From Candidatus Geothermarchaeota archaeon (GTDB lineage: Archaea; Thermoproteota; Nitrososphaeria; Geothermarchaeales; JDFR-13): a stretch of 64,000 nt of DNA. Of this stretch, positions 40,026-49,108 are shown piece after piece. A model generated the notes under the pieces. It saw nothing but the letters and a program-made list of their open reading frames with translations. It was not told where the DNA came from and made no database searches. The position numbers were made by a program, and so were the translations under genes. How positions within the stretch are numbered: the stretch's first letter is position 1; every line of letters starts with the position of its first letter. The stretch is taken from assembly GCA_015523605.1 (NCBI GenBank), contig WAKC01000001.1:2669-66668 (forward strand), given 5' to 3'.

Positions 40026-40337
40026 TCACCACCTCAACTTCCTAAGGACATCTACATTCAAGGTACCATATCTTCTATATACCAGAAGGGTTAGGGCCAG
40101 CCCTACACCCACCAATACACCGTCTATCACTATCGAGGTGATTACGATAGAGTTTGCCAATGCATCAGACAACTCACCGTATTTTATAAATGCTAGGCTG
40201 ATGAAATTCAGGTTCACACCTGTAGCTAGTATCTCGATACCGATGAATATCTTTAATAGATTCTTCTTTGTAGACGCCATGTATATACCTATACCAACTA
40301 AGACTGCCGATGTGATGAGGAGTGAATACTCTATCAT
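40026..40337 (-). CDS. nuoK: NADH-quinone oxidoreductase subunit K
   Basis: 103 aa with 3 TM segments. Correct position between the J and L subunits. Confidence 0.8.
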   Translation of the reverse strand: MIEYSLLITSAVLVGIGIYMASTKKNLLKIFIGIEILATGVNLNFISLAFIKYGELSDALANSIVITSIVIDGVLVGVGLALTLLVYRRYGTLNVDVLRKLRW

Positions 40338-40588
40338 TCCTTATCACCCCATAAGACATAAGCCAATACTCCTATCAAACCAGCCAACACTACGATTCCC
40401 TGGGCAAGGGTATCGATGAACCTAGGCCCCCATAGAAAACGTGTTGCACCCTCTATAAACTGATACCCCTCAACCCTTGGAAGAAGAATCTCTTTAAAAA
40501 CTGTTGGACTAATCTCGATAAACCATAGTATCAATACGACTAGAAATGCGATACCAATATATCTAGGTAACTCCTCAGTAAGACTCAT
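40334..40588 (-). CDS. nuoJ: NuoJ C-terminal-half homologue encoded as a separate cistron
   Basis: The ATG at 40588 is preceded by GGAGGTG. 84 aa with two TM segments. Overlaps the end of the N-terminal half gene. Confidence 0.55.
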   Translation of the reverse strand: MSLTEELPRYIGIAFLVVLILWFIEISPTVFKEILLPRVEGYQFIEGATRFLWGPRFIDTLAQGIVVLAGLIGVLAYVLWGDKE

Positions 40589-40838
40589 CCTTCGGGACAC
40601 CTCCTTTAGTCATGATAAAAACGAATATAAACATTACTATGATGGCTCCTGAGAACACGGCTAATTGAACTATGGCAGTAAATACCGCTCCCAACATGAA
40701 GAAGACTATCCCAGCCAATACACTGATCAATAGGAGACTAAGTATAGAGTAGGCCAGGTTCTTAGTCTCTGCAGCATAAATCGCAAATAGAATCATCACA
40801 ACCTCCAGAATTATTAGGGATAATTCAAAGTGGTTCAT
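40575..40838 (-). CDS. nuoJ: NADH-quinone oxidoreductase subunit J, N-terminal half
   Basis: 87 aa. AVFTAIVQLAVFSGAIIVMFIFVFIM matches the NuoJ conserved block (..flA.vQvlVY.GAi.vLf.Fv.M). Confidence 0.75.
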   Translation of the reverse strand: MNHFELSLIILEVVMILFAIYAAETKNLAYSILSLLLISVLAGIVFFMLGAVFTAIVQLAVFSGAIIVMFIFVFIMTKGGVPKDESY

Positions 40839-41311
40839 CGCAACCTCCTCTTCACATACCTCATTCCATCCTTATCCGTAACAGGCTTTAAGACATATTT
40901 AAGCTCTGGAAGAAGCTTCTTAATATCCTCGGGCTGGGTCATCCTCTCCGGATAGTATGTAAGGTTTTTATATTCGTCAGAGGCTAGTTCAACTACATCC
41001 TGCATATATAAAGCGTCTCTAGGGCATATCTCAACACATAAGCCGCAGAAGCTACATTTCAGGAAGTCGATTGCAGGGTATGTCAACTCCTTACCTTCGA
41101 CAGGCTTCATCTTAATAGCTTCATCTGGACAGATATATCCACATGCACCACATCCTATACACTCCTCCATCCTTAGAACTATCCTTCCACGGGTCCTAGG
41201 ATACCCCTCTATCCTCTCAAAGGGATATTTATGGGTGACAGGCTTATATGCAGCATGCTTCAAAACCGTCGCGAATGGAACCAAGATCCGGCTGATTAGA
41301 TTCCTCTTCAT
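40835..41311 (-). CDS. nuoI: NADH-quinone oxidoreductase subunit I
   Basis: Two CxxCxxCxxxCP motifs (CIGCGACGYICP and CSFCGLCVEICP). Confidence 0.9.
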   Translation of the reverse strand: MKRNLISRILVPFATVLKHAAYKPVTHKYPFERIEGYPRTRGRIVLRMEECIGCGACGYICPDEAIKMKPVEGKELTYPAIDFLKCSFCGLCVEICPRDALYMQDVVELASDEYKNLTYYPERMTQPEDIKKLLPELKYVLKPVTDKDGMRYVKRRLR

Positions 41312-41315
41312 CTCT

Positions 41316-42332
41316 CTACACCCCCAGAGATTTCAATATAACAGTTAAAACTATATTGGCTAGAGCCAACGGGATTAGATAGTACCATCCAAGTCGGATG
41401 GCCTGATCTATCCTAAGTCGCGCATATGAAATTATAACTGTGAATGTAATTGTTAAGATAATTATTAATTTAATTAATATCCAGAAGGCTCCGTTCAAAA
41501 TAGGGTCTGGAAATACCTGTGGCCCATGATATCCGCCAAAGTAGAGTGTGATCATGAGTAGGCTCCATGCCAGTACATTCACATAGTCACCCATCATAGT
41601 ATCCAAGAAGAGGGCTCCTGTATACTCGGTTCTATATCCAAATACTAGCTCAGTCTCAGCCTCTGGAATATCCATAGGGGCCTTCTCAATCATCGCGAAA
41701 TAGCTTATAAAGAAGACTATAAAACCTAGGAATTGTGGAATTACGAACCACATATTCTTCTGCATCTCGACAATCGTCTGGAGGTCATATGTACCAGCCC
41801 ATAACATCACACCTAAAACCGCTAGGAAGATGGGTATCTCACCAGCTACATCAAGATAGATCGTCCTAAAGGCGCCTATCAACGTGAACTTATTATTTGA
41901 TGACCAACCCATCAAGATGATAAATATTGGATATAGACTCATTATACCGAGGAATAGTGGGGCTGTATATCCAGGTAGGTTGAAGATGGCGAAGTTAGGG
42001 CCAAACGGAATCAATGCTATCGCCGCCGCCGGGATAACCGGAAGAGTGATTGCGGAGAATAGAAACAGTTTTTTATATGCATATTTAGGTAGGATTATCT
42101 CTTTAGCTATCAACTTAAGTGCGTCAGCTACGAGCTGTAGCCATCCCAACACCTTACCTGCATGGACAGGGCCCATCCTCATCATAAGCCTAGCCAGATA
42201 CTTTCTCTGGAACCATACAGCAAATATTGTGAAGACAAATAGGAACGTGAGACCAGGGAATATAATTATTCTAAATAGAGGCTGGAAATTCGTCTTCACA
42301 AATTCCAATATCCAATCCAACATGGCTATCAC
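41316..42332 (-). CDS. nuoH: NADH-quinone oxidoreductase subunit H
   Basis: 338 aa with 8 TM segments. RKYLARLMMRMGP and EAETELVFGYRTEY motifs. Confidence 0.9.
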   Translation of the reverse strand: MIAMLDWILEFVKTNFQPLFRIIIFPGLTFLFVFTIFAVWFQRKYLARLMMRMGPVHAGKVLGWLQLVADALKLIAKEIILPKYAYKKLFLFSAITLPVIPAAAIALIPFGPNFAIFNLPGYTAPLFLGIMSLYPIFIILMGWSSNNKFTLIGAFRTIYLDVAGEIPIFLAVLGVMLWAGTYDLQTIVEMQKNMWFVIPQFLGFIVFFISYFAMIEKAPMDIPEAETELVFGYRTEYTGALFLDTMMGDYVNVLAWSLLMITLYFGGYHGPQVFPDPILNGAFWILIKLIIILTITFTVIISYARLRIDQAIRLGWYYLIPLALANIVLTVILKSLGV

Positions 42333-43477
42333 CTATCTGCATCTAAAAACCAGGGGTCAAAACTATATATCATAGGGGGTACATCAGCCAGTTTAATCTC
42401 CTGAATCTTAGGTAACTGCTCAATAACGAAGAAGTTTCTGAAACTTGCAGGGCTAATCTTAACCCTATACGGTTTATCCCTACCCTCAGTATATATATAG
42501 AAGTTGATCTCACCACGTCCAGTCTCGGCTCTAGCCAGAGCCTCCTGTTTCACAGGCCTAGGTGGAAGAGTCTTCTTAACAGGGCCCTCAGGCATATTCT
42601 CAATAGCCTGCCTAATAATATCTACACTAACCTTCATCTCCTCAAATCTAACCCAACCCCTAGCATAGGAATCACCAGCAGTGTGGGTAACAATCTTGAA
42701 ATCAAGCTCTGGATATGCGGAATAAGGCTCATTCTTCCTAGTATCATATGCAACGCCTGAGGCCCTTAGACTAGGGCCTGCAGCCCCCCATTCAATGGCC
42801 TTATCCCTAGGTAGGACGCCTACACCCTCAGTCCTCAACCTGAAAGTCTCATTATATATCCATGCATCCTCATAAACCTCAAAACGCTTCTCCAGATAAT
42901 CCATCGTATTTAAAATCCTCTCTTTAATCCCCCTAGGCAGATCCGCCCTAACACCACCGGGTATGAAGAATGAGTGGCTCCATCTAGCGCCTGTAATCAT
43001 CTCAAGAAGATCTAGGATAGGCTCACGATCTGCGGTGGTCCATATAAATATTGCTGGATTCCATCCAGCAGACTCTGCAAAGAGTCCTAAGGCATATAGA
43101 TGGCTGGAGATCCTGTTCAACTCGTTTATAATAGTCCTTATATATTTAGCTCTAGGTGGAGGTTCTACCCCATATAGGTCTTCAACAGCCCTCACAAAAC
43201 CCATCAAAATATTTGATGTGTCGAGCATCACCATACGCTCTAGAGGGACTACAGCCTGTACATAGTTTTTATACTCAAGTATCTTCTCAATACCCCTATG
43301 GCTATAGCCGATGTCAACCTCTATATCATATACAATCTCACCATCTGTTATGACTAGGAATCTCCCCTGACCACTAATAGGGTGCTGCGGGCCGATATTA
43401 AGTCTGAATAATCCATCACCCAGCTCAGTTATCTCCTGGAAGGGGTCGGTCAAATATCTATGCATATCATGACTCAC
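42329..43477 (-). CDS. nuoD: NADH-quinone oxidoreductase subunit D
   Basis: 382 aa. NIGPQHP, GYSHRGIEK and a C-terminal DPWFLDADR-type ending are typical of NuoD / [NiFe]-hydrogenase large-subunit relatives. Confidence 0.9.
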   Translation of the reverse strand: MSHDMHRYLTDPFQEITELGDGLFRLNIGPQHPISGQGRFLVITDGEIVYDIEVDIGYSHRGIEKILEYKNYVQAVVPLERMVMLDTSNILMGFVRAVEDLYGVEPPPRAKYIRTIINELNRISSHLYALGLFAESAGWNPAIFIWTTADREPILDLLEMITGARWSHSFFIPGGVRADLPRGIKERILNTMDYLEKRFEVYEDAWIYNETFRLRTEGVGVLPRDKAIEWGAAGPSLRASGVAYDTRKNEPYSAYPELDFKIVTHTAGDSYARGWVRFEEMKVSVDIIRQAIENMPEGPVKKTLPPRPVKQEALARAETGRGEINFYIYTEGRDKPYRVKISPASFRNFFVIEQLPKIQEIKLADVPPMIYSFDPWFLDADR

Positions 43478-43974
43478 TCCTCATCACCCCATGGCCTCTT
43501 ATACCTGGATGGATTGAAGTCTTTCCTGAGGGGATACCCCTCCTCCTCAAAACTCCAATCATCTGGAAGGAGAAGGAGTTTGAGCCTGGGATGCCCCTCA
43601 ACCTCAACACCCAGTAACTCCCAGGTCTCCCTCTCAAAGTTATGCACACCAGGCCAGATCTCAATAAAAGTCTTAAACTTGGGCTCTTCACGGCTAATAT
43701 CAAACTTCATCATAACAACGAAGTCATGGACTGATGACCAGATACCATAGAAGATCTCGATGACGTTCTTCTTCGGGAAGTCCGTCCCACCCATTGTAAT
43801 GGGCATGTCAAATCCATTCTCCTTCAGAAAGAGAGCCACTTCATGAGCCTTTTCATAAGGGACTTTAAAGAATAATCTCTTATTCTCCACTCTAGCCTCC
43901 TGAATATTCTCCTCTCCAAACCTCTCCTTAAGTTGATTTAACAGTTCCTGAGGATTCATACATCCCAACCTCAT
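43474..43974 (-). CDS. nuoC: NADH-quinone oxidoreductase subunit C
   Basis: 166 aa. ERETWELLGVEVEGHP motif. The start may be the ATG at 43959. Confidence 0.85.
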   Translation of the reverse strand: MRLGCMNPQELLNQLKERFGEENIQEARVENKRLFFKVPYEKAHEVALFLKENGFDMPITMGGTDFPKKNVIEIFYGIWSSVHDFVVMMKFDISREEPKFKTFIEIWPGVHNFERETWELLGVEVEGHPRLKLLLLPDDWSFEEEGYPLRKDFNPSRYKRPWGDEE

Positions 43975-44434
43975 TCAAAACCCTCTCCCTAAGCTTTAGA
44001 AAACCATAGTGGATAGACTCCGGCTTGGGGGGGCAGCCGGCTGCGAACATATCCACCTTCATATAATCCTTGACCCTAACGAGGCTATAGCTCTCGGGGA
44101 ACGGCCCCTTACTAGAGGCACATGCACCAACTACATATACCCATTTAGGCTCAGGCATCTGCTCATATACCTTTTTAGCCCTTATCATCATCTTCCTAGC
44201 CACATTCCCCACGAATATCATCACATCACTCTGCCTCGCAGATGCGAGTGGCAGGACACCCCACCTCTCAAGATCATACCTGGGCCCGAAGAGCTGCATA
44301 TACTCGGGGCTACAACACCCCGTTACAAGATGTACAGGCCATAGACTGAATGACCTCCCCCAGTTATACAGTTTCCTTATAGTCTTAGGCATCTTCTCAA
44401 GAAGACCTTTTTGATACTCTCCATTACCACTCAT
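43928..44434 (-). CDS. nuoB: NADH-quinone oxidoreductase subunit B
   Basis: SLWPVHLVTGCCSPE, VGACASSKGPF and GCPP cluster N2 motifs. Confidence 0.9.
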   Translation of the reverse strand: MSGNGEYQKGLLEKMPKTIRKLYNWGRSFSLWPVHLVTGCCSPEYMQLFGPRYDLERWGVLPLASARQSDVMIFVGNVARKMMIRAKKVYEQMPEPKWVYVVGACASSKGPFPESYSLVRVKDYMKVDMFAAGCPPKPESIHYGFLKLRERVLNEVGMYESSGTVKST

Positions 44435-44802
44435 TTTCTATACACCTCCAAAACCTTAGTTACATAATACCATAGACCCAACAATAGAGTGGATATATAG
44501 ATTAGAAGGTATAAAACAGCCACCTTACCATTTAGGCTGATAACCCCTGTATAGGCCACCAAAATCCATACAAAGGAATCTAGGACAAAGAAGGCCATGG
44601 CATATGCAAAATATCTAATCGAGCCGAAGAGCCCCACGACATTGGGAATGACGTCCATAGGCTGACCAGCCTCGAATACATCATATTTAGAAGGTTCTCT
44701 CTTCTTACTAGCAATCATCCACGCCATAGCAACCATGGCTACGGATGTTATGAAGAAGAGAATCACAAATATCCAGAACGACTCAAAAGGTCCTAACAAC
44801 AT
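44431..44802 (-). CDS. nuoA: NADH-quinone oxidoreductase subunit A
   Basis: 123 aa with 3 TM segments. YDVFEAG motif. The start overlaps the stop of the upstream FrhB-like gene (TAATG) and follows GGAGGTGG. Confidence 0.85.
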   Translation of the reverse strand: MLLGPFESFWIFVILFFITSVAMVAMAWMIASKKREPSKYDVFEAGQPMDVIPNVVGLFGSIRYFAYAMAFFVLDSFVWILVAYTGVISLNGKVAVLYLLIYISTLLLGLWYYVTKVLEVYRK

Positions 44803-45929
44803 TAGGAACCACCTCCATACAACTCATTCAATTTAGATTTAACGAGAGACTCATCAAAATCAAGAGGCTTGAGAAGACCTTCATCAAACATTCTAGATAC
44901 TATCTCCTCCGCCTTCTCAGTCCTAACAATCAAGACTATCCCATCCACACCCTCCACCCTACCTGCAGACACATCCGCATACTCTCCAGTCATGTCACCA
45001 GCCTCCTCAATAGCCTTGTTAATACTCGGCTCTAACTCCTCAAAACTAAACTCCACCCATTTATCACCAACTTTAAACTTGATTGAATCACTACCATACT
45101 CCACATCCGATATATTGTTGAAGTTGACACCCTTCTTAGCGAGGATTGGCAGAAGCTTAGTTGGCTGGAAGAACTTCCTATGGAAATAGGAGGCTGTGAA
45201 CACAACCGTCCTTAAAAGCTTTGTATGTCCAGCCCATGATAGACGCCCCTTCCATATACTCCTTATATGCTCTGGGGGACCTAGAACAGCGACTTGTGGA
45301 ACCTCCACACCCTGGAAAAATCCTCCTTTAAGCTCATCGACAATCCCCCTCAAACCAAGAATTGTAGGGGGGTGTGTAAACACCTTCAGTTTAATCCTCT
45401 CCACATCACTAGGTTTGAGAGCATATGAAGGTCTAGACTTCCACCCCACAACCTGATAACTCAATAGACCCTCCGTTACTGGAGTGTCCCTACCTGCATA
45501 TGCAACGGCCCCCCAATAGCCCTTCTCCATACCAAATTTTAAGATAGCCTTTAAGACGGCCTCCTCCGGGAATGCATCTTCATCTTCAATAGCCTCAACA
45601 ACATAGATCTTTCTATATACTCCAAACCTCTCAGTCCTCTCAGTTCCAAAAACCCTAGTATCAACATCCTTATAATCCCCAAATCCTTGGAAACCCTCCT
45701 CAACGGTACCTGGACATGCATAGTAACAATATCCACATTTGATACATACACCTAATAGTCTAGGGACATCGTCGAGCATCTGGATAGCATAGGTAGGACA
45801 TACAGATGCACAGGCACTACAATATACACATTTATTCGTCCTAATAATATCCTTCAATAGATTTGCGAATATCTTCCTCTGTGTTATCGGTCCATATGGT
45901 GTCGGCCACAACTTAGGCTCCGACGACAT
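44802..45929 (-). CDS. FrhB/FpoF-like protein (2x[4Fe-4S] ferredoxin domain plus F420-hydrogenase-beta-like domains), first cistron of the nuo operon
   Basis: CVYCSACASVCP and CIKCGYCYYACP. The C-terminal YADVSAGRVEGVDGIVLIVRTEKAEEI resembles the FrhB_FdhB C-terminal block. Translationally coupled to nuoA. Confidence 0.6.
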   Translation of the reverse strand: MSSEPKLWPTPYGPITQRKIFANLLKDIIRTNKCVYCSACASVCPTYAIQMLDDVPRLLGVCIKCGYCYYACPGTVEEGFQGFGDYKDVDTRVFGTERTERFGVYRKIYVVEAIEDEDAFPEEAVLKAILKFGMEKGYWGAVAYAGRDTPVTEGLLSYQVVGWKSRPSYALKPSDVERIKLKVFTHPPTILGLRGIVDELKGGFFQGVEVPQVAVLGPPEHIRSIWKGRLSWAGHTKLLRTVVFTASYFHRKFFQPTKLLPILAKKGVNFNNISDVEYGSDSIKFKVGDKWVEFSFEELEPSINKAIEEAGDMTGEYADVSAGRVEGVDGIVLIVRTEKAEEIVSRMFDEGLLKPLDFDESLVKSKLNELYGGGS

Positions 45930-46052
45930 ATCGAATCAATCCTCCACAGCCTATTATTCATTACATATCATAGTTCTTTATAGATGTGGTATATCATAAT
46001 ATATACGTATATTAGATTATAACGATAGATAAATACATTCGATTGAATAGCG

Positions 46053-46640
46053 GTGAAGATAGCTATTGAACATCTGGAGGAGGAGTATAGCCTCTGGATA
46101 ATATATGAATATATCAATGCATCCATCCTATGCGAGGGGAAAATTATATACACAAATATTGATAGAGAAAGGGTTGCGAGAATATTATCTCGATATGGGG
46201 AGGTCTATAGAGAGAAGGTAGATGAGATAATTAATCCCGATAATCTGATTATACTGGACCCTGAAGCATCAAAACCCCTATCCCCCTATGAGATCAACAG
46301 AGAAACCGTATTAGTAGTGGGCGGGATACTTGGAGATAACCCTCCTAGAAAAAGAACCAAAAAACTCTTAACAGATAGGATAGAGACTAAAGCCAGAAAC
46401 CTTGGAGAGAAGCAGATGAGCATAGATGGAGCGGCCTACACCGCATATCTAGTGGCAAACGGGATGAGCCTAAATCAGATACCATTCATCGACGGCCTCG
46501 AGATAGTAGGTAGGGATTGGGAAGTGACATTACCATATAGATACCCCTTGAAAAACAGTAGACCTATACTATCACCAATAATAAAGAGGATTATAGAAGA
46601 GATTGGGATATTCGATGAATACTGGATGAGGACATTCTAG
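46053..46640 (+). CDS. SPOUT-fold methyltransferase, Sfm1/DUF431-like
   Basis: GTG start. IEHLEEEYSLWIIYEY, ILDPEA and VVGGILGDNPPRKRTKKL....LGEKQMSIDGA parallel the yeast Sfm1 blocks as I recall them. Confidence 0.65.
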   Translation: MKIAIEHLEEEYSLWIIYEYINASILCEGKIIYTNIDRERVARILSRYGEVYREKVDEIINPDNLIILDPEASKPLSPYEINRETVLVVGGILGDNPPRKRTKKLLTDRIETKARNLGEKQMSIDGAAYTAYLVANGMSLNQIPFIDGLEIVGRDWEVTLPYRYPLKNSRPILSPIIKRIIEEIGIFDEYWMRTF

Positions 46641-46735
46641 ATAGGATAAACATTGGATATAAAGTATATTTACCTACATTTTCACGAATATTTATAATAA
46701 TGTGAATAACGGAATATATATTGAGGAGGATAGTC

Positions 46736-46930
46736 ATGATAGAGAAATTTACACTTCTTTTAGGACAGAACGAATTGATATTCCTCATAATAATAGCAAT
46801 AGTGCTTCTAATCTGGGGACCAAACCAGCTTCCAAAACTAGCTAGAGCATTGGGACAAGCTAAGAAGGAATTCCAAGAGGCACAAAAAGAAGCTGAGAAG
46901 GAAGAATCAGAGAAAAAGAAGGAGGAGTAA
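46736..46930 (+). CDS. tatA: Twin-arginine translocase subunit TatA/E
   Basis: The ATG at 46736 is preceded by GAGGAGGA. One TM segment followed by an amphipathic helix (IWGPNQLPKLARALGQAKKEFQ) and an acidic/Lys-rich tail. Confidence 0.75.
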   Translation: MIEKFTLLLGQNELIFLIIIAIVLLIWGPNQLPKLARALGQAKKEFQEAQKEAEKEESEKKKEE

Positions 46931-46975
46931 TAACCCCAAAAATTTTTTATAGGTTAAGATTTAGTAAAAAAGGAT

Positions 46976-48637
46976 TTAGTCTTCTCCGCCGAACTCCTCA
47001 GTTCCTGATGGTCCCTTGCCCTTCTCCTCTTCCTTTAGCCTGCTAGCAGCGATAACGTCGTCAATCCTTAGAATCATTGACGCAACCTCAGTAGCAGCCT
47101 TTATCATCTGCTCCTTGACTAGTGCTGGCTCAACAACCTCTTTCTCCATCATATCAGCAACCTTACCTGTATGTACGTCTACACCGTACCATGTCTTGCC
47201 TCTCTTATGAGCACTCTTCAACTTAACCTCTATATCAATAGTATCTAGACCTGAGTTCTCAGCTAGTGTCAATGGTATAACCTCTAGGGCGTCTGCAAAG
47301 GCCTCGGCAGCCAACTGCTCCCTACCATGTAACTTTGCAGCCCAGTCCCTAACCTCCTTAGATAGCTCGGCCTCGGTAGCACCTCCACCAGCAACTATCT
47401 CAGGCTTCAGAATCACATCCTTAACAACATTCAATGCATCTACTAGGCTCCTCTCAGCCTCGTCAACAACCCTCTCGCTACCACCCCTCACTAGAATGGT
47501 CACAGCCCTTGGATTCTTACAACCCTCGATGAATACGAACTTGTCATCCTCAATCTTCCTCTCCTCGACAACCTCGGCATAACCTAGGTCATCACTTGTC
47601 AAGTCATCTATGTTATTAACGATTCTAGCACCTGTGGCCTTGGCGATCTTCTCCATATCGCTCTGCTTAACCCTCCTAACAGCTAGTACACCAGCCTTAG
47701 CTAGATAATGCTGTGCAACATCGTCAATACCCTTCTGGCATATCAATACATTAGCACCTGTAGCTGTAATCTTGTCGACCATCTCCTTAAGCATCCTCCT
47801 CTCTTCCTCAAGGAACATCCTAATCTGGTCTGGAGATGTTATGTTAATCCTAGCATCGAACTCGGTCTTCTCAATCTCCAATGGAGCGTTTATCAATGCA
47901 ATCTTAGCATTCTCAACCCTCTTAGGCATACCACTGTGTACAACCTCCTTATCCAAGACTATACCATTTACAAATACAGTGTCCTTAATACTTCCACCCG
48001 GCTTCTTCTCAATCTTTACATCGTCCAAGTCAATCTTTATCTCTCCATTCCTCTCCTGAACAATGTGCTTGACAGCTTTTACCGCGATCTCTGCTAGATA
48101 GTCTCTATAGCCAGCTACCAACTTACTGTTCATAGCGGTCTTAGCAACCTTCTTAAGAACCTCATCATCATTCCTGTCAACCTTAACAGCGATCTTACTT
48201 AGAACCTCGACAGCCTTCTCAGCGGCTCTCTTATAACCCTCTATGATGACTGTTGGATGAACCTCCCTCTCAATAAGCTTCTCAGCATTTGCAAGTAACT
48301 CACCAGCCAATACAACAACAGAGGTTGTACCATCACCAACCTCAGCATCCTGCGCCTTAGCAACCTCAACCATCATCTTGGCTGCAGGATGCTCAATCTC
48401 CATCTCTTTCAACATAGTTGCACCGTCATTGGTGATCACTACATCACCGAGGCTGTCTACCAACATCTTATCCATACCCTTTGGTCCTAGGCTTGACTTA
48501 ACAATCTCTGCAACAGTCTTTGCAGCGAGGATATTCTTCTTCATAGCCTCTCTGCCCTTACTCCTGGAAGTCCCTTCTTTCAAGATTATAATCGGCTGTC
48601 CAGCCGCAACTGGATATGCAGGTGCGCTCATAGTCAT
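46976..48637 (-). CDS. ths: Thermosome subunit (group II chaperonin)
   Basis: 553 aa. [25 protein letters not shown] and VAGGGATE motifs, with a C-terminal charged tail. Confidence 0.95.
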   Translation of the reverse strand: MTMSAPAYPVAAGQPIIILKEGTSRSKGREAMKKNILAAKTVAEIVKSSLGPKGMDKMLVDSLGDVVITNDGATMLKEMEIEHPAAKMMVEVAKAQDAEVGDGTTSVVVLAGELLANAEKLIEREVHPTVIIEGYKRAAEKAVEVLSKIAVKVDRNDDEVLKKVAKTAMNSKLVAGYRDYLAEIAVKAVKHIVQERNGEIKIDLDDVKIEKKPGGSIKDTVFVNGIVLDKEVVHSGMPKRVENAKIALINAPLEIEKTEFDARINITSPDQIRMFLEEERRMLKEMVDKITATGANVLICQKGIDDVAQHYLAKAGVLAVRRVKQSDMEKIAKATGARIVNNIDDLTSDDLGYAEVVEERKIEDDKFVFIEGCKNPRAVTILVRGGSERVVDEAERSLVDALNVVKDVILKPEIVAGGGATEAELSKEVRDWAAKLHGREQLAAEAFADALEVIPLTLAENSGLDTIDIEVKLKSAHKRGKTWYGVDVHTGKVADMMEKEVVEPALVKEQMIKAATEVASMILRIDDVIAASRLKEEEKGKGPSGTEEFGGED

Positions 48638-48865
48638 CTCACCTCAAAATCCTATTTTTCACCATATAAAAAGTTGGAATTCCTTTATAAATCTTTCTTT
48701 TCCAACGATGAAACGTATGAAAAAGAACTAAATTAAACATTTATTAGAAACTGTTAAATCAAAATAATAAAAATATAAGCCGATGGAGATTCCAGAAAGG
48801 AGATAACAACAAAAATGAAAATAACCTATATAACTAACAAACTTTTTTATTCTATTTGATAGTTC

Positions 48866-49108
48866 ATGTTTAATCTAATAAGATACCTTCAGAAACTCAT
48901 TGGAAAAGAGATAATTGTAAAGACGAAGTTTGGGCTTGTCAAGGGAATCCTTAAAGAGGTTGGGCATAACGGAGCCTTACTACTAGATGAATACGAGACT
49001 ATATCGGGCAAGGTAGATGCAGAGTTCCAGGGAAAAACTATCTTAATAAGGGGAGATAACATCGTCGCAATTATGATCGGTATGGAGGAGATTAAAGAAG
49101 GTGATTAA
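48866..49108 (+). CDS. Sm-like (LSm) archaeal protein
   Basis: Sm1-like LIGKEIIVKTKFGLVKGILKEVGHNGALLLDE and Sm2-like ILIRGDNIVAI. Confidence 0.7.
   Translation: MFNLIRYLQKLIGKEIIVKTKFGLVKGILKEVGHNGALLLDEYETISGKVDAEFQGKTILIRGDNIVAIMIGMEEIKEGD

Noticed and set aside
40575-40600. nuoJ split interpreted as a frameshift pseudogene or sequencing error
   Set aside because: The second half has its own ATG preceded by GGAGGTG at appropriate spacing, and both halves are intact. It is kept as a low-interest finding rather than called a pseudogene, because reads cannot be inspected here.
46001-46012. Perfect 12-bp palindrome ATATACGTATAT in the nuo / SPOUT divergent promoter as a dedicated operator
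   Set aside because: Short AT-only palindromes arise easily in TATA-rich archaeal promoters. It has no second copy and no nearby regulator. It is mentioned only under the SPOUT finding.
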